Below, piece after piece: positions 9,301-17,615 of a stretch of 29,321 bases of DNA (within the stretch, counting starts at the first letter, position 1; the number at the start of each line of letters is the position of its first letter). Under the pieces are notes generated by a model. It searched no databases. It was not told the origin of the DNA and saw nothing but the letters and a program-made list of their open reading frames with translations. Both the position numbers and the translations under genes were made by a program. Source of the stretch: an uncultured Pseudomonadota bacterium. GTDB taxonomy: Bacteria; Pseudomonadota; Alphaproteobacteria; RF32; CAG-239. The DNA lies in the NCBI GenBank assembly GCA_902495305.1, contig CABUWG010000025.1, positions 1-29,321 of the forward strand, given 5' to 3'.

Positions 9301-9850
9301 TAAGGTTCTGACCGATACATTTCCCGAAATCGAGGTAACTGTTTACTATTTACTTTTCAAAATAAGCTGTAATTTTACAGACATGATTGAATTTAATTGT
9401 ATAATTCCTCATGTAGGAAAAGCAATTAATTTTACTGAGCAACAACTGAGTGATGAAATTTTTACAAAAAATAAGTATGATGAGAACGATGAAATTGAAG
9501 AATTGTGCTGGATGCAGACATTGCAGGCACAAAACTCATTAGAAGAGGATAATTGGATTCCTTTGCCTTTCCCTCAGCTATACCAAGAAATACAAAGCAT
9601 GTATCCTCAAGAACTATCTAATCTTGCTTCATATTTATTTAAGCTCAATAAGTTTTCGTATTTTATTGAATATGTTGTTAATTTTCCACAGCTTTGTGCT
9701 TTTTATGCTTTCTATAATGCAAAAAGTCGAGATGAAATTCGTAATTTAATGAAATTTTCTATAAAAGATTTTATGAATTTTAACCAAAATTATTTTATAG
9801 AGGTTTATAAAATAGCAATATCAATTATGTTAAGAAATTCAACCAAATGA
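6386..9850 (+). CDS. druH: Large domain-less protein, candidate DruH (Druantia type III)
   Basis: The track ORF starts at TTG 6383. ATG 6386, with AAGGAC upstream, is the more likely start (1154 aa). I recognised no catalytic motif. It ends 7 nt before a ~2000-aa DUF1998 helicase gene, which is the druH-druE arrangement. The coding sequence is very AT-rich. Confidence 0.7.
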   Translation: MLLVENVLHEFLNDFLNKRNLPFPDGRMLYAYQMNQREYLELKEKLNELCQNEELVDLLRNKDFSRCFVLYASEWWKREYSGGVWSWEPIFKTISNDEIKTHQVQVRSRAITEALEYWKYRNSLATGKKFLGAIIANGGLPSKFMQSDKYSSIVRVLRGILRFAGENNANDNELFMRTKEAVKKLPEAIRKDEICELIANLVSTIIKLKRDYELEKETHPVQILNQRCPSWKEQFPLLMEDASVEKMLVGFVEEASRINRNNVRGKIPSVDRIFDFSESDQLKFLFTFPEFDVSAAYFSKFFEISNAEELPQTFYINNLDLKNTTVAIVTMQLGSRKKYKIKKFDNRLDNVLNSVTISLSSADNKIHSKLVTISEKLDINAPFVFIKNDDDTLILKSNGSTYLRENECYIAYKTGIFDLSEFGTLERTVHIGNSELPLIKCTSDIETEQFFVKLNASNPSNNKYCLDGNIISYKAYPHVAYKGVPEVVCYDEDGKRVTIASKYITYYHKGTNLPITDIQNFSGTVDIHCNHGDIERVYTVTIFPADLEIKFDVSDGEYIKFSDMNCIKILPVVDKNVQFTEIAKNEFKFHYLGQKPDKVCFKIYWYSGGTSFIYIPYPCMGVSFFDENGKCIDLFNISILHLMDKKIKIYNNLTKSEKYKLVFKLERANKKGKQVENSRPIFTYDSLTEIKLIDFEDNIKNLLGYSDDENDLIKVSVQLNNKEMGFIRISRYDTYFVLENSTISIPSDQFRIYSNEMLKNTNVVAINLLDPEVPVIPLAQNTDSGIFTGYWNIENLDSSANTYMITSDQKSDISIKPFILCKDKAFESLSDFHKKIIISDIVSVNSGSTITCSSDDLETYLISGLHSYKSELWKDIGDLKQVFATQNISLTALKLWQVLCSNEFLLARLLLFCSSERIIMQKIRDELISVPAIISFATWEAAITEYLQYLREAFAKIPGMESMLKSMISEQFKVLTDTFPEIEVTVYYLLFKISCNFTDMIEFNCIIPHVGKAINFTEQQLSDEIFTKNKYDENDEIEELCWMQTLQAQNSLEEDNWIPLPFPQLYQEIQSMYPQELSNLASYLFKLNKFSYFIEYVVNFPQLCAFYAFYNAKSRDEIRNLMKFSIKDFMNFNQNYFIEVYKIAISIMLRNSTK

Positions 9851-9857
9851 GAAAAAC

Positions 9858-12800
9858 ATGAAGACAAACAGTTACAGCGAACTTCTTAAAATTTTACCTG
9901 TTCAATCAACAGAAGCAATAATGAGCACATTGTCAATTTTGCCTCTAGACTTACGTGAATTCTTGAGAAAGAAATTTTCGGAAGAAGGTGATAAGTTTGT
10001 CGCTGATCCTGTATTTGAGCCTATGTTCAGTTATAAACCAAGCCAACAAACTTTCGGTGAATTAAGTGGAAAGTTGTTGCCTAGGTCATTTGTTAATGCA
10101 TTACATGGGGCTAGTGAGTATAGATTTGATAAAAGCATGTACCCGTATCAACATCAATTAACCTCATGGGAAACATTATTAAATACGAATAATTCATTGG
10201 TTGTATCAAGCGGGACAGGCTCAGGAAAGACGGAATGTTTTATGATTCCTATTATCTCTGATTTAGTCCAACAGGTTGAAAAAACAAATTCTGTGCTTGA
10301 AGGTGTGCAGGCCTTGTTTATTTATCCATTGAATGCTTTAATTCAAAACCAAAGGGAGCGTTTTAGTGAATGGACTAAACCTTATAAGGGGAATATTCGG
10401 TATTGTTTATATAATGGTTTATTGCCACAACAAACGAGGGAATCGGAACAAAAGGAAACTGTGGAAGAAGTTGTTGATAGAGAGCAATTATGGAAATCTC
10501 CATCTCCATTGTTAATTACCAACACCACCATGTTGGAATATATGCTTATTCGCGCAAACGACAAAAGAATAATTGATAAATCAAAAGGAAAATTAAAGTA
10601 TATCGTTTTAGATGAAGCGCATACCTACATCGGTTCGCAAGCGGCAGAATTATCCCTTTTATTAAAAAGGGTTATGGATGCTTTTGAAGTTAAGCCTGAA
10701 CAGGTTAAATTTATAGCAACATCTGCAACCATAGGTGATAATGATGCAAGCACACAATTAAGACGTTTTCTTTCCAGTATTTCGGGTGTAAATGAAGAAA
10801 ACGTTACTGTTGTGTTCGGTAAAAACGAAATAGAGCCATTAGCCTCATCAACAGCCGGCAAATCAATTGATGAAATTGAAAAAATAGAAAACCCGGATGA
10901 AATTATAAAAGAATTACGAAATAATAAATTAGCTTGTTCTTTAAGATCATTTTTTATTTCTTCGAATACTGAACACGGGGTGGCGAGGACCTTAACCGAA
11001 ATATGCAATAATTTTAATTTAACATCTGATCTTGCTTTAAGATGGTTGGATTTACTATCTGTAACACCTGTAAACGAAAAGAGTTTTTTGCCGCTCAGAC
11101 TACATATTTTTCACAAAACATTTCCCGGATTATGGTCCTGCTGTAATCCAAATTGTACTTGCAAGGATAATATCCCGGGGTGGAAATTTGGAAAGATATA
11201 TTTTAAGGAGCAATGTAAATGCGAATGCGGTGCTCCTGTTTTCCGCGTAAAAGCTTGCGCTAACTGTGGCGAACCATTTCTTGAAGCAAAAATTAACGAT
11301 AGCGCAAAGGATGGGAAAAAATACCTGTATCCAACGATGCTTCAAGATATTGATGAGTTTTCTCTTGATGATGACGACAACTATATCAATGATGTTGAAG
11401 CACACACCGTTTGGGTCGAGAATTTCGAAAAAGATAATGACACGGCTTGTTATTTGAATATAGAAGATAGCTCACTATCTTTGGCGAATAGTAATGGAAT
11501 AAGATTAAACGTTTTTGAAGATTATGAGGACATTCATTGCTGTGATGCTCCGGAAGTTGATCAGATAAAATCATTCATTCCTTTGCAAGGTGCTCCATTT
11601 GTTTTGAGCCATGTTTTGCCGACATTGTTAAATTATGCTGAGATAGCAAAAGATTCAGAGTCTAAACCACATGCTGGCCAAAAAATGATTTGTTTTACGG
11701 ACAGCCGTCAAGGCACTGCTAGATTGGCTGTTCAGTTACAACAAAACTCTGAACGTAACTCCTTCAGAAGTATTTTGTTGCACGTGATTGCACATATAGA
11801 GGCTGAAAACAATAAAAACAATAATGCTGATCAGATTAATACATTAAAAGAAGCATATAAAAGTACAAAAATGCCTCAATTACTGGATATGATAAAGCAA
11901 TTAGAAGGACAAAAAGGAAGTTCCTTTGCAAACGAAAACAACGTCATAAGCGATATCTTGAAAGAATTTGACGATAATGACCTCAAATGGATATACAACT
12001 ATTACCGGGACAAAGATTCAATATTTGACACAAATAGAGGTCAAGGTAACCTGATTGAAATATTGTTTGCACGAGAATTAATCAGAAGGCCGAAAAAGGC
12101 AAATAACGTTGAAACATTAGGTTTACTAGCAACTGCTTATGATTTTAGCAAAATTACAAGTGTGCCTGCAAGTATTAGTAAGTATTTCACATGCGATGAT
12201 TGGAAAAATTATCTTAAAATTGTGTTGGACTTTTTTGTGCGTGCCAATGGCTTTGTTGAATATCCGGAGAATTGGGACAAATGGGGGGCTATCAGCAAAA
12301 ATAATGAACCATTGGATTTTGATCACTGGCCTAAAGCTGATAAGAAAAAGAAAAATAGAAACATTGTTAAATTACTGTTTTATGCATTAGATATGGACCA
12401 AACCAATGACTACCATATTGATATAGTAAACGAAATAATGAAAGAAGCTTGGTTAGCTCTAACTTCTGCAACAGGCATTCTGACCCCGTCAGCCAATCAG
12501 ATCTACCGAATGAAAATGGATAAAATAGGATTAAGGCGATTACAAAAAATTTACGTCTGCCCAATAACCAATAAGGCTCTTGATGTAACATTTAAGGGGT
12601 ATTCTCCTTATTTATCTAGAAAAAATAGAGGCGAATCTAAAGAAATAACTCTAGAGAAATGTAAAGAGTATTCGTTTCCAATCTACGATTACAGTAAAGA
12701 AAGTGGAAAATCGTACGATGAATGCGTTTTAATGAGGAGAGAATGGTTAGAAAATAATGATGAAATAAATGAGTTGAAAAAACTGGGTATTTGGAACAAT

Positions 12801-15800
12801 ATTACGAATTCAATTATTTTAGGTAACCGCTACTTCAGAACTGCAGAACATTCGGCTCAACAAACGCACAGCACTTTGAAAAGGTATGAGGATGATTTCA
12901 AAATAGGGAAAATAAATGTTTTGAATTGTTCTACCACAATGGAAATGGGTGTCGATATTGGTGGTATCACTATATCATCTATGAATAACGTACCACCGCA
13001 TCCGGCAAATTATTTGCAAAGAGCCGGACGTGCAGGACGTAGAAGTGAAACAAAGGCCATAAGTTTTACTTTGTGCAAAGATAACTCGCATGATCAATAT
13101 GTTTTTGCGCATCCTAAATGGGCATTTAGCACAAAAATTGCCGCACCTTATGTAGATAAATACAGTTTTATTGTTTTACAACGGCATATAAACTCTCTCT
13201 TGTTAGCATATTATTTTGACAGCATAAAAGGTCAGATAACTGATGCTACTAAGCTGAATATGGAATGGTTTATGCTTCCGGCTGAAAACAGCAGGTTAAT
13301 AAAATTCAAACAGTTCTGTAAGGATGCAATAAGGGTAAATGACCGTATTAGAAAAGCAATCTCTTCGATTATTGAAAATACACACTACGAAGATATAAAC
13401 CTAGACGTTTTTGTAACACAATTGGATGAATTAATTGATAACCTACAAAAGCGGTGGTACGCAGAGTATGATGCAATTCAAGAGCAGAAAGAAAGGGAAA
13501 AAGACCGCAAGATCAGTTTGGCCGCTATTAAAAAAACTGAAGAACGCTTACTTAAGGAATACATTCTCAAAGAGTTAATTGAATACGGCTTATTACCAAG
13601 ATACGGATTTCCAACTAACATCGTCACTTTTGACACGAATAATAGATTTAATTTAGATAAGAAAGTTTCGCAAACAAGAGAAGATAATCTATTTAAGCGA
13701 AGAGAACTTCCATCAAGAGATATTTGTACTGCACTAAGAGAGTATGCGCCTGGATGTGATGTTGTTATTGATGGTTTGGTTTATAAATCCGCCGGTATAA
13801 CACTAAATTGGCACATTCCTGCCTCTGATTCAGAAGTAAAAGAAATCCAATCAATGCGCTATATATGGAGATGCCACAAATGCGGTGCAAGTGGTACTTC
13901 AACAAGTCTTTGTGATGTAAAATGTGATGTTTGCGGATCTGAAATTGATACGAGAGATATGCAGAAGTATATTCAGCCGGCAGGATTTTCTGTTGATTTT
14001 AATGCGGCTGTAAATAACAACGTATCGGTTCAACGTTATATAAATATCTGTGAACCTTTAGTGACGGCTCATAATACTCTCAATTCCTATTTAGGATTAC
14101 CTTACGTAAAATATAAAAATGATAAAGAAGGTAGTGTAATCCACTATTCAAACGGCGGCGGTGAAGGATATATTTTGTGCCTCGAATGCGGTAGAATGGT
14201 TGCAAACAACAAGAAAAACCGGGAAGAATTCAAAAAAAGACATTACCGTTTGCGTAGTGGCGTATACCCCAATAGTCAAACAGGAAATACTTATAAAGTT
14301 GAATGCCAACATTCGCCTTATTCAATTATAGAAAATATTAATCTCGGCGTAGAAATTAAAACAGACCTTTTGGAGCTAATTCTATCTGATTTAGATGGCA
14401 ACGTCATTGATGACAGGACGTTGGCATATTCACTTGCGGTGGCCATACGTAGCGGTATTGCTAAATACATGAATGTTGAAACAGAAGAAATCGGATGTAT
14501 CGCTAAACAAATCCGGGTTAATGGAACAAATAAAAAAGGGTTTGCGATAGAGTTATTTGATAAAAATGCTTCCGGATATTGCTCTTCAAATGATATTATA
14601 AAAAATTTGAATATCATATTTAAGTATGCCCAAAATATTCTAAAATGTGATTGCGCACAATCTTGCAATAAATGTATTTTACAGAATGACACAAAATACA
14701 ACTACAGATATTTGGATAGAAAACTTGCGCTGGAGTTCTTAACAGATGAGTGGATTGCTAAAAATACTTTGCCGCAGGATATGAAAATCTTCGGAGATGG
14801 CACTCTTGTTGCATCTGCAAGTATTGAAAGTTTGATTGAGGATACTCCAAATTTACAAAAGTTATACTTAATTATCCCGGAAAATATGGAAAATGAAGAT
14901 TTTTCAAACTCTCCAATTTACAGGCTTGTCAACAGATATAATGCATTAAACACTCAGATAATACTTTGCGTGAATGAAAAAACACTGGGAGATGATGTAA
15001 AGAAAACCATTTCTTTGCTTTCCAATTTAAGCAATGTCTCTGTGAAAGCGATACCAGAAAAGCTAAATGATAAAATAATGGCAATTGTTTGGGATGGTTT
15101 CAAGTATTATTCATATGCATCCTTTGATGAAAATGTAAGACAATTAAACCAGTATTGGGGAAGTAATATAAACACATCAATATTATCAGGCTATATTGAT
15201 ATCAACGGCCTAAAATTTAATGATGTTAAATTAGAGACTGTTGAAAATATAAGTTACGATAAAATGTTCAATATTTCGTCAGAGGTTAACGGCCCAGGAT
15301 ATGGGTTCGGTAATAGATTGTTATCCATTTTGGCATCAAGTTTGGATAAAGGAATAAGTTCACCAATAGTAAAAATTGAATATAAGGATAGATATCTAAA
15401 AAATCCTTTGGCCTCAGGTTTATTTTACAGTTTTATAAAAGAACTTAAAGTTAGGTACGAAAAATTATGGAATTGTGCATCTATAACTTTGGAAACAGCC
15501 GAAACTACAGAAACCAACAAACAATATCCAACAATGTTTTATCATGACTGGGATGATGTGGATGCTAGAAATGAGGTATTAACTGCATTGTTTGATAAAA
15601 TTGGATTGAAATTTCAATTAAAAGAGAAAAACAAAAAATATCTCGAGCATAACAGAATAATGACAATTGAACTGGAAAATGGCGAAAAAATTAATTTAAT
15701 ACTAGATCAAGGCTTTTCTTACTGGAGATGTCTTGCATATTGTTACGCTGAAAACATCTTTCCGTTTGATGCAGACATTGATGAACAGGTGGCAAAAATC

Positions 15801-15869
15801 GGACAATGGTTACCGAATGTATCCGGTGATACTTATCCAACCAGAATATTTTACACTAAATCGAAATAG
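9858..15869 (+). CDS. druE: DEAH-box SF2 helicase with DUF1998 (MrfA-type Zn-binding) module and long C-terminal extension; DruE-like
   Basis: 2003-aa ORF. The helicase motifs are SSGTGSGKTE (I), LDEAHTY (II), SATIG (III) and QRAGRAGRR (VI). The Cys clusters are CCNPNCTC..CKCECG..CANCG, CHKCG..CDVKCDVCG, CLECG and CDCAQSCNKC, as expected for the DUF1998 zinc module. Its size and its pairing with the upstream giant ORF match DruE. Confidence 0.85.
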   Translation: MKTNSYSELLKILPVQSTEAIMSTLSILPLDLREFLRKKFSEEGDKFVADPVFEPMFSYKPSQQTFGELSGKLLPRSFVNALHGASEYRFDKSMYPYQHQLTSWETLLNTNNSLVVSSGTGSGKTECFMIPIISDLVQQVEKTNSVLEGVQALFIYPLNALIQNQRERFSEWTKPYKGNIRYCLYNGLLPQQTRESEQKETVEEVVDREQLWKSPSPLLITNTTMLEYMLIRANDKRIIDKSKGKLKYIVLDEAHTYIGSQAAELSLLLKRVMDAFEVKPEQVKFIATSATIGDNDASTQLRRFLSSISGVNEENVTVVFGKNEIEPLASSTAGKSIDEIEKIENPDEIIKELRNNKLACSLRSFFISSNTEHGVARTLTEICNNFNLTSDLALRWLDLLSVTPVNEKSFLPLRLHIFHKTFPGLWSCCNPNCTCKDNIPGWKFGKIYFKEQCKCECGAPVFRVKACANCGEPFLEAKINDSAKDGKKYLYPTMLQDIDEFSLDDDDNYINDVEAHTVWVENFEKDNDTACYLNIEDSSLSLANSNGIRLNVFEDYEDIHCCDAPEVDQIKSFIPLQGAPFVLSHVLPTLLNYAEIAKDSESKPHAGQKMICFTDSRQGTARLAVQLQQNSERNSFRSILLHVIAHIEAENNKNNNADQINTLKEAYKSTKMPQLLDMIKQLEGQKGSSFANENNVISDILKEFDDNDLKWIYNYYRDKDSIFDTNRGQGNLIEILFARELIRRPKKANNVETLGLLATAYDFSKITSVPASISKYFTCDDWKNYLKIVLDFFVRANGFVEYPENWDKWGAISKNNEPLDFDHWPKADKKKKNRNIVKLLFYALDMDQTNDYHIDIVNEIMKEAWLALTSATGILTPSANQIYRMKMDKIGLRRLQKIYVCPITNKALDVTFKGYSPYLSRKNRGESKEITLEKCKEYSFPIYDYSKESGKSYDECVLMRREWLENNDEINELKKLGIWNNITNSIILGNRYFRTAEHSAQQTHSTLKRYEDDFKIGKINVLNCSTTMEMGVDIGGITISSMNNVPPHPANYLQRAGRAGRRSETKAISFTLCKDNSHDQYVFAHPKWAFSTKIAAPYVDKYSFIVLQRHINSLLLAYYFDSIKGQITDATKLNMEWFMLPAENSRLIKFKQFCKDAIRVNDRIRKAISSIIENTHYEDINLDVFVTQLDELIDNLQKRWYAEYDAIQEQKEREKDRKISLAAIKKTEERLLKEYILKELIEYGLLPRYGFPTNIVTFDTNNRFNLDKKVSQTREDNLFKRRELPSRDICTALREYAPGCDVVIDGLVYKSAGITLNWHIPASDSEVKEIQSMRYIWRCHKCGASGTSTSLCDVKCDVCGSEIDTRDMQKYIQPAGFSVDFNAAVNNNVSVQRYINICEPLVTAHNTLNSYLGLPYVKYKNDKEGSVIHYSNGGGEGYILCLECGRMVANNKKNREEFKKRHYRLRSGVYPNSQTGNTYKVECQHSPYSIIENINLGVEIKTDLLELILSDLDGNVIDDRTLAYSLAVAIRSGIAKYMNVETEEIGCIAKQIRVNGTNKKGFAIELFDKNASGYCSSNDIIKNLNIIFKYAQNILKCDCAQSCNKCILQNDTKYNYRYLDRKLALEFLTDEWIAKNTLPQDMKIFGDGTLVASASIESLIEDTPNLQKLYLIIPENMENEDFSNSPIYRLVNRYNALNTQIILCVNEKTLGDDVKKTISLLSNLSNVSVKAIPEKLNDKIMAIVWDGFKYYSYASFDENVRQLNQYWGSNINTSILSGYIDINGLKFNDVKLETVENISYDKMFNISSEVNGPGYGFGNRLLSILASSLDKGISSPIVKIEYKDRYLKNPLASGLFYSFIKELKVRYEKLWNCASITLETAETTETNKQYPTMFYHDWDDVDARNEVLTALFDKIGLKFQLKEKNKKYLEHNRIMTIELENGEKINLILDQGFSYWRCLAYCYAENIFPFDADIDEQVAKIGQWLPNVSGDTYPTRIFYTKSK

Positions 15870-16078
15870 ATACTGTAAAAGTTATGGTATATCAGATAGT
15901 TATATTAGAGGTTCGCGACAAAAGAGTGGGTGTCCACGCTGGGTGGAAAATTAGCCCACTAGGTAAAAATATGGTTTGTAAAAATTGAGAAAGCCCTAGT
16001 GTTTTCAGCGTTATATCGCTATAATTCATCTAAATGAAAACGAGGCTGTATCAAAGTAGGGATTTTCCCTAGATGTCG

Positions 16079-16132
16079 CCGACCACTAAAAAAGGGTGCA
16101 CGAAGTGTGCCTTTTTTTGTGGCTTCGGGAAG
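16079..16132 (+). repeat. Copy 1 of a ~52-nt imperfect palindromic element
   Basis: CCGACCAC-T-AAAAAAGGGTGCAC-GAA-GTGTGCCTTTTTTT-GTGG-CT-TCGG. It folds into one long hairpin with two G-U pairs and a GAA loop, and carries a T-run. A near-identical copy lies 176 nt downstream. Confidence 0.8.
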
Positions 16133-16254
16133 CTGATGAGAAACCACGAGAAAGTGGGTTCGACTACCAGCGAAAGGCGGATGAAAAGACGCCGGTGAGC
16201 GAAGCGAATGAGCGCCTGTGCAACTCAAGCGGAGCGCAGAGTAATCCCGCTGCC

Positions 16255-16308
16255 CCGACCACTAAAAAAGGGTGCACGAAGTGTGCCCTTTTTTGTGGCT
16301 TCGGGAGC
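16255..16308 (+). repeat. Copy 2 of the ~52-nt imperfect palindromic element
   Basis: CCGACCACTAAAAAAGGGTGCACGAAGTGTGCCCTTTTTTGTGGCTTCGGGAGC. It differs from copy 1 by one T->C change in the 3' arm of the stem and by a missing A near the 3' end. Confidence 0.8.
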
Positions 16309-16546
16309 CGTCTCCGGCGGGTGAGGCTTCAGTTTTTGCTCACTGCTTCAGAAGCCGCGTTGCCGTGATGGTGTATGTGAGAGATAGGACTTCGAAAAAT
16401 GGGCGAAAAACGTCAGTGTGCCGCGAAGAGTACGACCAGAGGCGCAGTGACAGCATACAGTTTAATTTATGCCGTAAAAATCCTGCATTTACATAATCTT
16501 TGTTCTGTTCGTTGCAGAAAGCAATTCAGCAGCCGGTTAATTTTTA

Positions 16547-17203
16547 TTGCTTGTTTTTTTCATCCGGTATATCTTATTTTTATCTTTATTCAGAAAGGGC
16601 AGGATTTTGCAGGGGTATAATTTAAGCCGCAACAAGAGTTTAAGGCTTCCGAAGATTGTAGAAAACGAAGCCGGCGTTCTTAATTCCACAGATGATTTGT
16701 TTGCAACACGTCAGGCTTCCGCTTTGGCCGCTGACAGGAAATTTCCGAAAAAAAACGAGGACGGGGAGGAAAATGGCCATGACGCCGAGTTGGAACGGGT
16801 TTTGAAACTGCCTGAAACCGCGAGCGAGCTGGTGGTCATAACCAAGGCAAAAAAACTCGGGGCTTATACGATTGCGATTACGGCAAAATCGCCGGCAAAG
16901 TTCCGCGGCGTGTTTGTTAACCGGATGCAAAATTTTTGCCTCGACGCCGTACAAAATATGCTGAATGCCAATTTTATCCGCGCGGAAGACGAGGAAAGCA
17001 AAAAACTGCGGGAGAAGTTTCAGTCTGATGCGATTATCTGCTTGAAAATGCTGGCATATATTGCCATGGTGGCAGAGAATGCCGGTTGTATTTTGAAAAG
17101 ACAATATAAACAGATTGCATTGCAGGCCGGCGAGACGATTAATCTGGCTCTGGCCTGGAAAAAGAGCGATGATGAAAAATGGAGGAGCAAAAAAGAGATT
17201 TGA
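16547..17203 (+). CDS. avd: DGR accessory variability determinant (Avd-like four-helix-bundle protein); true start uncertain
   Basis: The C-terminal ~130 aa (ELVVITKAKKLGAYTIAITAKSPAKFRGVFVNRMQNFCLDAVQNMLNANF...CLKMLAYIAMVAENAGCILKRQYKQIALQAGETINLALAWKKSDDEK) fit the Avd / 23S-rRNA-IVS four-helix-bundle pattern. The gene sits directly upstream of the TR and RT. The track ORF begins at a TTG. A TATAAT at 16616-16621 lies inside it, and there is no in-frame ATG before the conserved part. Confidence 0.75.
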   Translation: MLVFFIRYILFLSLFRKGRILQGYNLSRNKSLRLPKIVENEAGVLNSTDDLFATRQASALAADRKFPKKNEDGEENGHDAELERVLKLPETASELVVITKAKKLGAYTIAITAKSPAKFRGVFVNRMQNFCLDAVQNMLNANFIRAEDEESKKLREKFQSDAIICLKMLAYIAMVAENAGCILKRQYKQIALQAGETINLALAWKKSDDEKWRSKKEI

Positions 17204-17246
17204 AACCGAAAGGTTTTAAATGAGGGAAAGCTTGTAATTGCCTTAT

Positions 17247-17356
17247 TTGGTCGGCGTCCGCTAATAATAACGGGAATGTTCGCACCGTGAATAATGACGG
17301 AGATAAGAACTATAATAATCCCCAAAAACGAAAGGCCGCCGTTCGGCCCGATTTGC
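17247..17356 (+). repeat. DGR template repeat (TR)
   Basis: A 110-nt match to 18888-18997 at a constant offset of 1641. I counted 15 mismatches by hand, and all are at TR adenines. Read in the VR frame, the TR encodes Asn-rich AAY codons (NNNGNVRTVNNDGDKNYNNPQKRKAAVRPD). Confidence 0.9.
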
Positions 17357-17421
17357 TTTTGAAGGGAAACATTAAAATTGCGTCCGGCAAAGCCGCAAGT
17401 TTCCGAAAAACAAGCCTGTTT

Positions 17422-17443
17422 ACGGTTTTTATGCAAAAACCGT
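17422..17443 (+). other. Perfect 9-bp hairpin in the TR-RT spacer region
   Basis: ACGGTTTTT-ATGC-AAAAACCGT, located in the part of a DGR RNA that normally carries the structured spacer (Sp) element. Confidence 0.4.
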
Positions 17444-17550
17444 CCGTGCTGAAAGCAAAGGAAGTTTTCTCTTTTCCGGCCGCTGCGGGAAAATGTTCCA
17501 TGCGGAGGAAGAAACAAAAACAGCAAATGTTTTATGAAATACCACATACA

Positions 17551-17578
17551 TTGACGCAGTTTTGTTTTAATGTATTAT
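17551..17578 (+). promoter_or_regulatory. Possible internal sigma70-type promoter upstream of the RT gene
   Basis: TTGACG (17551-17556), a 16-nt spacer, then TATTAT (17573-17578). GGAGA lies upstream of the RT ATG at 17616. Confidence 0.3.
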
Positions 17579-17615
17579 CGGGTATTTCTTTTTTTATCCG
17601 GAGATATGACAGAGC

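Noticed and set aside
15924-15959. Nested hairpin AGTGGG...TCCAC-GCTGG-GTGGA...CCCACT downstream of druE, considered as the druE terminator.
   Set aside because: There is no T-run after the stem and it lies ~55 nt from the stop. It may contribute to termination, but the evidence is too weak to annotate.
16133-16164. Hammerhead-ribozyme-like string: CUGAUGAG followed by an 8-bp stem-loop (GAAACCAC-GAGAAA-GUGGGUUC).
   Set aside because: After helix II the sequence is GAC rather than the invariant GAA(A). I also could not find a helix I partner or a UH cleavage site in the flanks. A 7-8-nt core match is expected by chance in ~59 kb of two-strand sequence. An Infernal scan with the Rfam hammerhead models would settle it.
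16079-16308. Possible CRISPR array, because of the repeated ~52-nt element.
   Set aside because: There are only two copies and the repeat is far longer than CRISPR repeats. The intervening segment is 122 nt and no cas genes are present.
16096-16496. Two ORFs with near-identical N-termini (MHEVC.FLWLRE..).
   Set aside because: The shared N-terminus is only the translated palindromic repeat. The remainders are unrelated, there are no ribosome-binding sites, and the starts lie inside hairpin stems.
17020-17547. A 175-aa minus-strand ORF. Similar antisense ORFs lie at 17637-18143, 18838-19473, 19507-19992 and 20110-20676.
   Set aside because: All lie antisense to well-supported plus-strand genes or the TR in a GC-richer region, where long spurious frames are common. 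I saw no motifs or ribosome-binding sites.
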